Positions 1 to 12,744 of a stretch of DNA of 58,124 nucleotides are shown here, piece after piece. The position numbers and the translations under genes were made by a program. A model generated the notes under the pieces. That model saw only the letters and a program-made list of their open reading frames with translations, was not told the origin of the DNA and did not search any database. Position 1 is the first letter of the stretch; each line of letters starts with the position of its first letter. Source of the stretch: Circinaria calcarea (lineage: Eukaryota); NCBI GenBank assembly GCA_051942165.1, contig JAVECS010000006.1:1-58124 (forward strand), read 5' to 3'.

Positions 1-878
1 CCTCCAGGGCCTTGCTGACCTTCAGGTCGTTTTCACTCGGCGGCCCAAAGTTCCTCCCCTCTTCCTTCTTCCTCTGCTCTTCGGACTTGAATTGACCCCC
101 ACCCAGAGCACCCCACGGAGCTAAGCCCATGCCTTCCGCCTGACACATGGGGATGATGTCTCTTTCGAAATCCCTGCGCGCAGCATTCCACCTGCCTTGA
201 TAGACCACGAATTGCCGGAGACAATGATCTCTCGCGTACTGGTTTGCCTTGCTGACAATCCATGCCGGCGTGTCGCTGACACCGAGGTAGATCACCTTGC
301 CTGCCAGCACCAGTGCATTAAGGCTCTGCATCAGCTCCTCGATGCTCGCGGTGAAATCCCACCAGTGCAGGTAAAGTATATCGATGTACTCGGTCTGCAG
401 TTTCTTCAAACTAGCTTCCACGCTTAGTCTCAAGCTTTTGCTTCCATTGCCTGTGTAATTGGAATGGATAATGTTATCATGTCCCTTGTAAGCAATGTAA
501 CCGGTCGAGAATTTGGTAGCGATGACCATCTGGTCTCGACATTCCCTCTCCTTCATCCACTCTCCAATCCAAGTTTCCGACTCTTCATTCTGGTAGTTGT
601 TCGCGGTGTCAATGAAGTTTCCGCCCTGGGATTTGAAGAAGTCCATCATTTCAAAAGCCGTCTCCTTGGTACAGGTACCCATCATTTTCTCCCTGGACGG
701 AACATGGCTCGTTAGCATGGACGTTTGATGTTTAACCCAGAGTACTAGCTTTATACCATGAAGTCCCAAAATTCATAGCTCCCAGACATAATGGGGAAAC
801 CTTTACAGCCGCGGATGGCGAGAGCAGCCTGTGCCTGTCAAGCCGGGACTTGGGTTCTGGAGGTGGTGGAAAAGCCAT
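1..878 (-). CDS. Aldo-keto reductase, aryl-alcohol dehydrogenase / norsolorinic acid reductase-like (3' end truncated by window edge)
   Basis: Manual translation: MAFPPPPEPKSRLDRHRLLSPSAAVKVSPLCLGAMNFG, intron 693-756, then GGNFIDTANNYQ, VIATKF, IDILYLHWWD, GKVIYLGVSDTPAW. These supply the AKR D-Y-K-H tetrad. Missed by the ORF track because there is no stop before the edge. Confidence 0.9.
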
Positions 879-1908
879 GGCAGTTAGTTGGTAGTACTAT
901 TGAGCTCGCAAATACAGTCACTCGTACTTAGAGATGTGGAATGGAGAAGGGAATTGCAGTTCTTCTGCAAGGGACGGACATCTTTATACCTTATTTCACA
1001 ACAGTAATTTGCCTGATGAGGTCATTGGTAGATCACGGTACAATCAACAACAGTCGCGGTTTTAAGCGACAAAGGTCCGTTCGTTAAACCCGTCCTATAT
1101 CCGATGACTTAAAGCCGTACTCCGTATGCAATACCGAGTAACTTTGGTAATCTCATCTCATGATGCACTTTCTGCGGTCGCGAAACTAAGGCATCGCCAG
1201 CTTACCAACAACAATTAGCAATCAACAGAATGTCCAGCTGGAATGTCCAGCTACCTGATGCCCTTCCACAAGACTAGCTTGATAAGCTACTGTACATACG
1301 ATAGGTCTTCTTCAGATTTTCCAAGACTCAATGATATCATGTGGCAGACTACAAGCATCGTCCAAACTACAAAAGCAACTGCGGTTGGAGATTTGGGCAA
1401 AATCTGTATTGGGCTTGGTAAATCTTACAGGAATCCTTAGGGTCTCAGGGGTAGCATATGCGAGTGCCTTGTTGGAAGTAGTGACATATCAAATAACCAC
1501 GAATCCTCTAATCTCTCGTTCATCCGCCGTCTAACCGGTACACAGAAGAGATATCGAATGGTTTCGACTTGCACACAATAACGTGCGAAAAGCGCAAACT
1601 AGCTAAAGGGGTATAGAATATTCAGAACTGGAGAGACGCTGCTTTCCTCTAAGAAATATAGTACCACCATTGTCCCCATCAAGTCTCTTGCCATCCACAA
1701 GTTGTCGAGTTCCGTAATTATAAGGTATTATATTATGTGCAAGTCTGTACATTATATAAGTCGTCCCGTCCTCAACACCTCGATGCCGAATAGTCCGGGT
1801 GAGATACGCCGATCTGGGCTGACCGCCGCCAACGCCGCCGAAGTGCAATTATGCCCCATAACGCCATTCGTAAGGTCATAAGGTATGTCTGATAGAGGAA
1901 TGACCTCA

Positions 1909-3981
1909 TCAAAGACCGTGACCGGACGGTGGCCCGCCTGGTCCGCCTTCTTGCGAGCCTTCACCCTCAACAGTCTTCTTCCAATGCTCCGGCAAACATA
2001 CACAGACAAGCTGGACAAACGTTAGCATAGATGCGCTGAGGTTTACAGTTCTATTACTTACTGGAAAAGCTTTGATCTCCCCCATGGGCGGAGGAGAGGA
2101 CTCCCTCCTGCCGGTGCCATTTGAGACACCGCTATCCCTCAGTTCTTTGCGCTTCGGATCATAGTCTTCCGCACGATCATTGATGCGCACGCCTGTAGCC
2201 CATCCATCATCCCAGATGCCTACGACCTTGAGCATATCGCCTCTTTCAAGCTCGAATTCGTCACCTGCTCGAGGTTGATATGCCCACAGAGTAGCAACCT
2301 TATCGTTGGGATGAATCTCATCCGGCGAATAATAATCTTTAAACGACATTAACTGTTCGGACTGCCCGCTACCTATACCATCCGGCGAGGAGAACTGAGC
2401 TCCACTTCCAGAAACTGGAGAAGTTCCGTTGTCAACGCCTCCGCCGAAGACAGAGTTACTTGAAAGTGATCCATTCCGTCTTCCTGTAGCCGGAGGCGCT
2501 CCTCTACCGCGAGAGCCTGGACTGTCGCCGTACAAGTCCGAGTCCGATGTTTCCCCGAGCCGGCGTCTCTCTGCAGCCAGCACCGGGTTAACATACTGCG
2601 GATCACTACTAGAGGTGCCTTCCAATGCTGACATCCTCGCAACCCGACCGCCAGGCACTACCTGTCCTGGATCTCGGACGGAAGACATTTGAGGCTGCAC
2701 TCCACGCTTTGGAGAAGGCTGATTGAAGATACTGCCGTGAGGAGTAGTCCTCCGCCGTCTTCGGAGATAAATGCAGCACAGGAACAACAATGCAAGCAGA
2801 AATGCCGCCCCCAGGACAGATCCAATCACGATGCCTGCGATCTGACCGCCAGACAGGTTAGGAGGACCGCCGGCCCCTCCTGCAGTTGAATTACCGTTTG
2901 TCGCTGACGGTGTTGACGCTGTCGAGGCCGAAGTCGAGGACGGGAAAAGTGGGGGCATGGACACAAGGGGAGGTAGCGTAACGCCAATGCAGCGGCCGGT
3001 GGCGTTTGAGCCAATGCAACAAGAATCTGTAGCATTTGGGGAGCTGGATGCGCAATAACTGCAAAGACCTTGCATATTGGTCGAGAAACCGCATTCATTG
3101 GGCTCATTCTGTTCACCTGTAATACATGATCCACTCAAAGAGTCTGCCGGTAATGCGCAGTTGGTAAAATCGGCCCGTATTTGCGTCAAGAAGTTTTGAT
3201 TCGGCGTTCCACACAGTTCGGGATTAACGGTTATACGCTCTTCGCTAATTGCTTGCTGAGCCTACACACCATTAGTAGACTGACAGAGCTTCGGATACGT
3301 TTACCTACACAGGAATCCGCGCACAGTGGGCGAGAATCTGCAGCGGACAAAGAGCAGGGCTCTATCGAATTTTGAACAATAGAATTACATATCATACTAG
3401 CGGTATAGCGTGCGTAATAGGCGGTAGTGTTGGTGAGAGTAACATTATTGCAGCCGAGTAATTGCTGATACCTGATAAACAACTTAGCTTGCTCGCTTCT
3501 AGGCTTCTCATGGATTGGTGTAACATACTTCAATTGAACGTAATTCGACGTGATATACTGGCTAAGTCGCTCGTCGAATTCTTGTGTATTTGAGACAAAG
3601 GAGAGGAAAGGGCTATAGAAGGTTAGCTGATGGAGTGTTAGTCCCGTAAAGGTCGACTCACAAGAACGAGCTAAGAGTGGAATCTGTAGAAATGGACGAT
3701 GTATTAAAGGCCGGGCATTGTGTAGACCCTGAGAGCGATATACAGGCCTGTGCAGACACGACAGGTATCGACGCTGCCAGGAGTAGGAGAGCAGTTGCTG
3801 GTACGCCGGTCATGTAACGATTCCTCTTTCTCCGTGCGCCTACTCCAATCGTGACTGGTAGTTGAATAGCAATCGGGTATTCCTCTCCGCTATAATCTCT
3901 TTTATACCCCCCCATTTCACGATCATCCCGTGACGACGTGAAGCGCGCCTCTGGTTGTTGTTGTGCACGTCTTTGGACCAT
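1909..3981 (-). CDS. Single-pass membrane protein with Cys-rich ectodomain and cytoplasmic SH3 domain (5 exons; start 3981 or 3813)
   Basis: Signal-like ALLLLAASIPVVSA, Cys-rich exons, TM IAGIVIGSVLGAAFLLALLFLCCIYL followed by RRRRR, and SH3 motif LWAYQPRAGDEFELERGDMLKVVGIWDDGWATG. Four GT-AG introns with branch motifs join ORFs 3658-3981, 3231-3533 and 1909-3189. Confidence 0.85.
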
Positions 3982-4789
3982 AGCACTCCCGTGGACTTCA
4001 AATTGGAATATCCCCCCTGTCTACCACCACTAGACACCGGTCCACCGATACCCGACTCGTACTTAACCAGAAATACTCGATCCAAAAAAAAGGTCAAAAG
4101 AGTGAGCAAGAAAGCAACGGGAGCGCTGGACACAATCGACCGTAGGTGTAGGGATGAACGGTGGGAAGGATGAGGGAATACCGAAGCGAACGGGAAGGCC
4201 GTGGGAGCTAAAACGACATGATGCCTCGACGGATGGAGAAGGAGCACGAAAGGGCGACTGCCACGGAAGGTCAGCGTTGGTATCGAAGAAGGTGCAACGT
4301 CGACATCTCCCAAAGTACGGAGTATGGAAAGCGTAAAGGTGCCGGAGGGCTGTTGGCGAGGATTCTCCGTGGGGGCATCTGATTGGAGAGAGCTCTCTCA
4401 TGCACGATGTATTGGAAATTTGAGCCGCGCTAAGACCAAAGCGCTAGGTCTCCTTTCGGCTTGGCCTGGGCCTAAGGAAATTACATGAAGCTCGAGTTAG
4501 AAGCCCGACTTTCTCTATTGATTAAGGAGGACAAACTCAATAAGTAGGGAGGATGATTGCTGCCTTTATCGCTCCGTATGCGATGACAGAAGCCCGGGTT
4601 CTGGGACTTTTCGAGGATTCAATCGAGATAGCTTTTACTCAAGTACTAAGGAAAGCACAGGGATTTTGAAGTGCTAATGTCCTTTTTTGCAATTGTTGCA
4701 TGCCTTAAGAATAAAATAATTGACATGGATGTCTTATAACATATATACATCTGCACACAACATAATGCAGCTAGGGGTTACTTTATTCT

Positions 4790-6886
4790 TCAGCAGGTCC
4801 AAATCCCGACCACCCCATCTCTGCGGCCTTCGGTCATGTAGCCGTCCTTGATCCGGACCTTCTCTACTATACCCGGATGCCTGTCTTCCTCCTGGCAAGT
4901 AATACCAGCCCCACAATCCCAATGCCGCCCGTCAGTCTTATCATACACCTTAGCTACGTTTTCGCCAGCGGCAGCGACGATGCGTCTTGTGTCGAACATC
5001 ATGCTTGTAATAGGATTTTCATACGCGAATGCATCGTAAATAGAACCCGTCCGTAAATCCCAGATCTATGCCTAGTTAGTGCTCTACTCTACACGATTCC
5101 ATGTTTGGTACATACCCTGACGCTTCGATCCAAACTACCTGTGACTAGGTGGACGTCGTCAAACTGCAGGCAAGTCACAGGTCCAGTGTGTCCCACCAGA
5201 CTTCGATGTACCTGGCCACTTCGAAGATCCCACAAACGAACCATGCCATCTGCTGTTCCACAGGCTAAAGCAGCATCGAAACATTGTACAGCTCCAACAA
5301 AATCTGCTGTAGCATCCGGAAGTCGCCCGGTGGTCCGCCATTGGCCATTGTTGGAGTTGAGAGTCGAAGAGGCTTGTGCCGCAGCCCACAGCACATCCAG
5401 CGTTTGGACGCAGCGGCCTTTAACGAGATCCCACTGCCTTAATGTCTTGTCCGCAGAGCCTGAAACGAGTATGTCGCCCCTGAAGTGTAAAGCCGTTACC
5501 TCGTCCACATGGGCTTCCAGGGAAAACATTGGACAGTCTTCCATGCTCGAGATAGGTGGAGCTGGATGTAAATCCCCCGGGTTTTCGAAGATGGAGCTAT
5601 CCTCTGCGTCTTCATCACCCTGCTTGTTGATTCTATTGTCCTCTGGCGTATATTCCGCTCTACTCAAGTCCCACAGTCGAATCGATGCATCTATCGAACC
5701 CGTTGCCACGATGTTGTCTTCTACCTGTAGACATCTTACCGACGCTCGGTGACCTTCAAGTAGACCCATACATCGGCCAATATTAAGGTCCCATACACGA
5801 ACAGTGTCATCAAGTGCGGCCGTCACCATAGTGCCGAAGGGCGCATCGAAATCTAGAGCCGTGATTATGTCATTGTGAGCCTGAAGGTCTTTGATGTTTG
5901 TACCAGGCTCAAAGTGCTCATGCCGAATGGGCATAGACTTCCGCCGGTTGACCTTATGTCGCTTTGCTTTCGGTGATGGTATTTTCTCATAGATCGACGC
6001 GGACATGAAAGTATCCGTTGCTGTCTGGGTCTCTAAGTCCAAGGCATCTGGGTCCAGGTCTGGATCTGGATCTATACCCAGAGGAGGCGTTGCAGTATTG
6101 CCCAGCGTTTTAGCATCATCCAACTCTTCTTGGAGATCCTCTAATTTATTATCGAGACTCAGAAGCTCATGCTCCACCCGTAACTCGTCCTCCTCCAGAC
6201 CTGATAGCCTATCCAGCACAATCTTCCGCATACTGTTGAGGTTGGAGATTTTGTTGTCTATCTCTCGAATTTCAGAAGAACACATGTTCTTTCGTACTCC
6301 CATCATTTCCAAGCGGTGATTCACTGCACGTCTTTCCTGCTTCAACTTCGACAGAGACGGATGCTGATCTGTCTCATCTTGCTCTACCTCTCCAAGCAGC
6401 TTCTGGCTCCTTGAGTTGCGCCGTCTATGGGTCTTTCTGTGTTCAATTTCATCTTCCGGTACCGTTGCAGTAAAGCCTTGGAACAGCGAGTACGTATTGT
6501 CATTCTCGGGTATAGTTCTGAGAAGCTCATCTGGGATATAAGTAAGGGCGCGGTGTTGAATCTCTGATTTCGACAACTTGGATCTTACAAGCTCCCTTGG
6601 GGAGGCTTGGGCATACGAGAATACCCTTTGCTGAATGCCCGGCCGTCGAAGCTCCCTCTGCAGCTCACTCATAGCATGTTGGTAATGTGAGCTACTGCTT
6701 GGATCACCTAAAGGTCCGATCAGGTGGTTTGCAGTTGTTGTGACCTTCCGACCAAAAGCTTCGATATGACGAGTCTATCACACATTAGCCAGGCCCTTTC
6801 AAAGCTGTCTAGAGTATTACGGTTAAGGCAGTCCCCAGGACCGATTCACCTTCTGCCGCCGATGATGGAGCATTACTGCTTGCCAT
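4790..6886 (-). CDS. MDV1: Mitochondrial division protein 1 (Mdv1/Caf4-type coiled-coil + WD40 adaptor)
   Basis: N-terminus MASSNAP...LT, intron, [24 protein letters not shown] motif; coiled coil; WD40 repeats ([27 protein letters not shown]). A final GTATGT...TAG intron precedes the IWDLRTG exon ending GIWTC*. Confidence 0.9.
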
Positions 6887-7372
6887 CAGGCGTAAAAGAA
6901 ATTTCACAGAAAAGCCTATTAGCCACGACGAATCTTGCCCTCATCCAATAACCATCATGATTGTCTATTCTTCAATGTACTGTGGCTATGTGATAGGCAA
7001 GAAGAGCGTGTGGAACAGGGAGCAAGCCACAAAGCCACATGTCTGACGCGTGAACAATCTGGCTCCTGTTGCCGATCATCCGGGGGTGGCTTTGCTATGG
7101 TAACACTTCAATGGGTGAGTGAGACCACTCAGGAACCCTACTAATTATGATGACTTATGACAAGATATCTTTTCTAATTTGGCCTTGATAGCTACAATAT
7201 ATCCTCTAGTACTGACTCTCTATGGTGAGAAAAGGAAGGAGATAGAATACGGAATAGTTGCCATGCGCGTTCGCACACTTCAATATTAAACTCCAAGGTT
7301 TGAGGTGCCTTGTTTATCAAACTTCAGCGTCTACGAGCTTGTAGCTGGATTTCAAAGAAATAAAGCTGGGTC

Positions 7373-8280
7373 ATGGACAGCGCAATCGATCTTTCAGATG
7401 CATCAAAAGCCCTCGATCTGGACAACATCCGCTTTCAACTAATGTAAGTTCCTTGTGTAGTAAGGTACCTAAACATTGATGTACTGATATCATTTTCAGT
7501 CGTCTAGAGGATACAATCACTTTCCACCTTATCGAACGGGTACAGTTCCCGCTGAACAGGACAATCTATGCATCGGGGGGCGTGAAAATCCCAGGCAGTA
7601 GTCTTAGTCTCTTGGATTGGATCCTCCGAGAGCAGGAGCGTACTCATTCCAAGGTACGCCGGTATCAATCGCCTGATGAGTATCCATTTTTCCCCGACGC
7701 TTTGGAAACGCCGATCCTGCAGCCCCTACAATACCCCCAGATCCTTCATCCCAACAACATCAATGTCAACGAAGAGATCAAGCAGAAGTACATTGAGAAG
7801 GTCTTGCCACTTGCTTGTCGGAATTTCGACCGAGAAGACCGAGGGGAAACCCAAGAAAACTATGGATCAGCCGCTACGTGTGATGTGTCATGCCTCCAAG
7901 CCTTATCTCGCAGGATCCACTTTGGCAAATTTGTTGCTGAATCGAAGTTTCAGACGGACACAGACAAGTTTGTAGACTTGATCCGCCGAGAAGATAGAGC
8001 GGGTATCGACAATGCTATCACCAACGCGGCCGTCGAGGCTAAGGTCTTGGAAAGATTACGGCTAAAGGCAAAGACTTATGGCACAGACCCGAGTGCGGGC
8101 ATATCTGGACAGGAAAAGATCAACGTTGAAGCAGTCGTAGCTATGTACAAAGTAAGTAGGCGCCTCCAATTATACCAAACTTGAGTCTGATATAGAAAGG
8201 AAACTGTCATACCTTTGACAAAGGTTGTGGAAGTAGAATACCTGATGCAGCGCCTAGAGGGAACTCATTGGAAGCAGTGA
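7373..8280 (+). CDS. ARO7: Chorismate mutase (eukaryotic type)
   Basis: [24 protein letters not shown], intron 7444-7499, [13 protein letters not shown]...[11 protein letters not shown]...[19 protein letters not shown], intron 8152-8199, [19 protein letters not shown]...*. Confidence 0.96.
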
Positions 8281-8353
8281 TGTGTATCCTTTACTGTTAA
8301 AGGGAGGGAGGTACGTGCTCTAGAGAGACAAAGTGACGGTGCTCCTAGCCTGA

Positions 8354-9317
8354 TCAGGATGGCCGCATAAAGTCCTCCAAGGCCTTAACTGCCGATTCAA
8401 ACTTCGATGCTTCTAGTAACATCATATGACCCTGCGGTTTTATTCCCAGCTCCTGGAACGTCCTTTTTGCGTCCGCCTGACCATCGCTTTCCTCCTTCAG
8501 GTACGCAAAACCCCCGTACATTGTTGCATGGCGTTGGCAAACCTCGTCTTCCGGATGAAAGTAGAATATTTCTCTATTCTCCTCCTTGGCAGCATTCTTT
8601 TTCTTCTTCTTCTGTGGTCTACTGTTCTCTTGATTCAAGGCCGATGTAATTTCCCGGTAGGTCTTTGAGAGGATCAGATAGTGAGAGAAGGTATAAGGCT
8701 CCTTCTCCTCAATTGCCCAGGATATCTCCTCTAACAACATCTTGTACATAGGTGGCACAACCTCCGATGGAATGTTTATCAGCCTTTCGGTGAGAATAAG
8801 ACCTACTTCGGCCTGGTTGAACGGTTTGAGAAGATCTGCTATTGGTGATAATGAAGGATTTGTCATTGCTTGTTGCGCTATGTAGTCCGTCAAGGTCTTG
8901 ATGATTGGCTTATCCTATAGTCGGGTCAACTCAGGCATCTAATAGAGGTCAAGACTAATGTACCCTATGCTCGTGAAGGTTCAAGATTGTCAAAAAGGCA
9001 TAAGGGTCCGTTTCGTTCCCCTCCACCTTAACAGTGGAACCAAGTAGTGGCTGGGCAAGTACCAGGTCTGTCAAAGCGCTAAGATCGAATAGTTGAGCGT
9101 CGACGTCGAATAACTGCCGCAACAACGTCTTCAAGCCATGAAAATCATGTTCCGGCTGTGGATCGAACCATTCGAATTCCACGTCCAACATATCGGTGTC
9201 CTATCCCCACCTTAGCGGGAAAGCAGTATGTGATCTCTTGGTTCGCACCTCATCACTACTACTACTCTCGTCCGGAAATTGCTTCTCAGCCACCTCAGGC
9301 TCTTTGCGCTTCACCAT
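8354..9317 (-). CDS. BCP1: Protein BCP1 (BCCIP family; ribosome biogenesis)
   Basis: Three exons: MVKRKE...SSSDE / [29 protein letters not shown] / [28 protein letters not shown]...FYFHPEDE, joined by GT-AG introns. Confidence 0.92.
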
Positions 9318-9700
9318 GGTGCTCAAATTCAATGTCCGTATAAAGTCGAGGGTTTGGGCAGACAGACAAGTGTCACCTTGTAAGATTTCCATTGGTAGGG
9401 TTAGCGATGTCGCGGCTCAGCGGCTAGAAAGCGTTTACTGCGGACGATTCTCTTATCGATAAGTGAATTTCTCGCTTATCGGGCCTATCAGATTTGGCGA
9501 GGCAATATACGGCTTTGAACCCTCTAGCCTAGCAAAAGAAATTGGGGAGCGCATTGTACACCTTAGGTATCTTCATTCTACCTCGTGAGCAGCAGCATTT
9601 AATTCTCCAGCTTTCCTTACTACTGTTGTTAATTCCTGTTCCCGCCCTGCTCTTTGGGCACTTGAAGAGCATTTCTTGAATCCACTCCTTAACTACCAAA
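9318..9700. promoter_or_regulatory. Divergent BCP1/GUA1 promoter region with palindromic CTTATCGATAAG (9452-9463) and further GATA-type motifs
   Basis: Head-to-head genes 383 bp apart. CTTATCGATAAG, CTTATCGG and TAGGGTTAG are seen directly; function is inferred. Confidence 0.45.
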
Positions 9701-11525
9701 ATGGCTAGTAATAATGGCATACCCATAGACGAGCCACACAAGACCTTTTCGACAATCCTGGTTCTTGATTTCGGTAGTCAATACTCACATTTAATCTGCA
9801 GACGTCTCCGGGACCTCAATATCTTCAGTGTCATGCTGGCGTGCACAGCTAAGCTTTCTGAACTTGATTGGACTCCGGTAGGCGTTATTCTTTCCGGGGG
9901 ACCCTACTCAGTTTACGAAGATGGGGCGCCGCACGTAGAGGAAGATTTGTATAAGCTAGGCGTTCCAATTCTCGGCATTTGTAAGGTTCCCGTTTGAAGG
10001 CTTGATCAGCTACTTATGTTTGAAAAATATTGATATGTTTATGAAAAGGTTACGGCCTTCAGGAAATAGCCTGGCGACACGGCCGAAATGTGCTTGCTGG
10101 TCAACATCGGGAGTATGGACATGCAAGATTGAGGATACAGAGAAACGAAGGCAAGGCCCCTCATATTGACAAGCTCTTTGAGGGGCTTGGAGACGACCTT
10201 GAAGTTTGGATGAGGTATTTGAATTCTTTCTACGATCTTCCATATCGAGTCACATATTTTCAACTAAAACAGGTTCTAGCCACGGTGACAAGCTTTCTAA
10301 TCTACCCGCTTCCTTTACAGTGATCGCGGAAACAGATAACTCGCCATTTGCCGCCATTGTCCACGAGGAAAAGCCTTATTATGGCATCCAATGGCATGCC
10401 GAAGTCACGCATTCAAACTTGGGATCCAAGCTCTTCGAAAACTTTGCCGTACGTATTTGTCACGCCCGCCAGGACTGGACCATGAGCGCGTTTGGCGACC
10501 AAGAAATCAACCGTATTCGTGCTCTTGTGGGGTCGAAAGGTCAAGTCATTGGCGCAGTCAGCGGAGGCGTCGACTCCACTGTCGCGGCCAAACTTATGCA
10601 CTCTGCTATCGGCAGTCGTTTTCACGCCGTTCTGGTCAACAACGGTCTCCTCCGCCTCAATGAAGCCGAAACGGTCCACGAGACTCTCACCGCCCATCTC
10701 GGTATTAATCTTACCGTAGTGGACGCCAGCAATCGCTTCCTCACAGATCTAAAGGGTGTCACGGATCCCGAGCAGAAGCGTAAAATCATAGGGAAGAACT
10801 TCATCGACGTCTTTCAAGAGACCGCAAAATCCATTGCTGCGGAAGCCGAAGGTTCTGAATCAGCCGGTCCTATAGAATGGTTACTTCAAGGTACACTTTA
10901 CCCCGACGTCATCGAAAGTATCTCCTTCCGAGGGCCGAGTGCCACAATAAAGACTCACCATAACGTGGGTGGTCTCCCTGCGGCCATGCATCTTAAGCTC
11001 ATCGAGCCTCTCCGTGAGCTATTTAAAGACGAAGTGCGCGTACTCGGAGAGCAACTTGGGATCCCGTCCGACCTTGTCTGGCGGCATCCTTTTCCCGGTC
11101 CCGGTCTTGCAATACGGATCCTCGGCGAAGTCACACCCTCGCAACTTGCTATCGTCCGTCAAGCAGACCACATCTTTATCGACGAGATCCGGAAAGCAGG
11201 ACTATATCGGAAGATAAGTCAGGCATTCGCAGCCCTATTACCTCTTAAAGCCGTAGGGGTGATGGGAGACAAGAGGGTGCATGATCAGATAATTGCATTA
11301 AGGGCGGTGGAGACGACGGACTTTATGACAGCGACCTCGTGTGATCTGGGTCAGGAGTTCAGGCAAAGGGTGAGCACGAGGATCGTGAATGAGGTGGAGG
11401 GGGTTTGCAGGGTGTTTGAAGATAGTAAGTCTCCTTTGGATGGATGAATGTGAGTAGTTCGGATGAATAGGCTGACCTAGTGAATAGTTACGAGTAAACC
11501 TCCCGGCACGATTGAACTGGAGTGA
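9701..11525 (+). CDS. GUA1: GMP synthase (glutamine-hydrolysing)
   Basis: [15 protein letters not shown] (catalytic Cys codon split by intron 9981-10048), WMSHGD (intron 10215-10279), [38 protein letters not shown], intron 11425-11487, [13 protein letters not shown]. Confidence 0.97.
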
Positions 11526-11841
11526 GAGACTTGTCCCTGAGGATATCGATGCGCAACCTTGCTCGTTTTACATAGCCTCGGCGTTCTTGGGGCGATTGGA
11601 AAAACGGTCGTTTTACTACACGCACGCAGAAGAAACTAGACCATAGATTATAGAGATACCCATGACCTTGCGCAGCAGTAACTTCATGCATTCATCCCAT
11701 GGCTCAGCTACGCTCCGTCATGTCGCCACTATCGCATGTTTGATGTGCTAGGTCATGCTATACTCTATCTACCAGTTACTTTGTTGGGATACATGGACAC
11801 AACTCATGTACCTCCAAACCCCCTTTCACGAGATCTCCGTC

Positions 11842-12238
11842 CATAAACTCCCGCTTGATGGAAGTCTGCCAAGTCATGGATTACCCTTCACCTCTCTCTC
11901 TCTAACTCCTCCCATCAGCTTTCGGTAAGCCCCTCCTGAGCGATCATTTTCTCTTGATGATACGGGAAGTCAGCGCTGGTACGCGGTGAATGGCTTTTGG
12001 CACGCGCTTGAGGGGGGGGCTTGTTTGAATCAGCTACTGGGAAGTGGGAAGAGCTCACATGAGAGTCAATTTCGGGCGCGGCGAGGGCTTGGGAGTTATG
12101 AATGAACAGACAGGAACTCCGTTTGCAGTACGTACATGCCTTGCATTAGATTACTACCTTTCTACCTAATCTGTGCTTGACTCGCTTACCAGACTTCTGT
12201 AACGCTGACATTTTCAATGCTTTCTTTTTCTTATCTAG
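11842..12238 (+). ncRNA. Candidate structured non-coding RNA followed by an intron-like segment (unidentified)
   Basis: Nested pairings 11842-11852/12091-12100, 11910-11920/12032-12042 and 11927-11942/12005-12022, with G-U pairs on the + strand. Downstream GTACGT (12128), GCTGAC (12204), pyrimidine tract and TAG (12238). No plausible ORF. Confidence 0.3.
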
Positions 12239-12744
12239 ACTCTATCTATCTCCCAAGGGTTAAGGTTGTAAGGGCTTTTGCTTCGCGCTTCTCGTTTGAA
12301 ACTTTTATGCTTTCTGGGGGAATGTAAACGGGCTGCGGGGGAGGGGGTTGGTGGTTTCGCAAGGGGGTTTATGAAATATTGGGGTTGGCTTTCGGAGCTC
12401 GTTCGTAGATCGTTGTGGATACAATACGAATATAACTCCTTGAAGCACGTCTCTCTCTTCCAATGAAGGCATTGGCTCTCCTGGTTTAGCCTAACAAAAC
12501 TCTCCTTTTTCAGATCTAGGTCTTATAAATCTCTTTCAAATTTACACTGTGACGACCCAGAGCGGCATAAAAAGAAGAAATGGTAGAACCGGTCTTGCAA
12601 TTTATGATTACCCCAGAACAGTAATTCCGAATGACGTAAATTATACCCGATGGATTACCTCCACAATGATTCCGCTCAGGTCAAAATAATCCGATTGCTA
12701 CTCGCAATCGCCTGGGGACTTGCAACAGCCAGCCGACCGAGACA

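Noticed and set aside
1228..1252. Short direct repeats (GAATGTCCAGCT x2; GGCTTGATGAC x2 at ~19572-19600)
   Set aside because: Only two copies each, with no array or spacer structure; not CRISPR-like or otherwise interpretable.
7213..7218. TGACTC (Gcn4/CpcA-like site) upstream of ARO7
   Set aside because: A single 6-mer cannot be distinguished from chance without conservation data.
11930..11965. CTCCTGAGCG...TTGATGAT resembling U3 snoRNA boxes B/C; also considered RNase P, MRP and SRP RNA
   Set aside because: No correctly placed box D or A/A' boxes; the P4 and SRP helix-8 consensus motifs could not be placed consistently.
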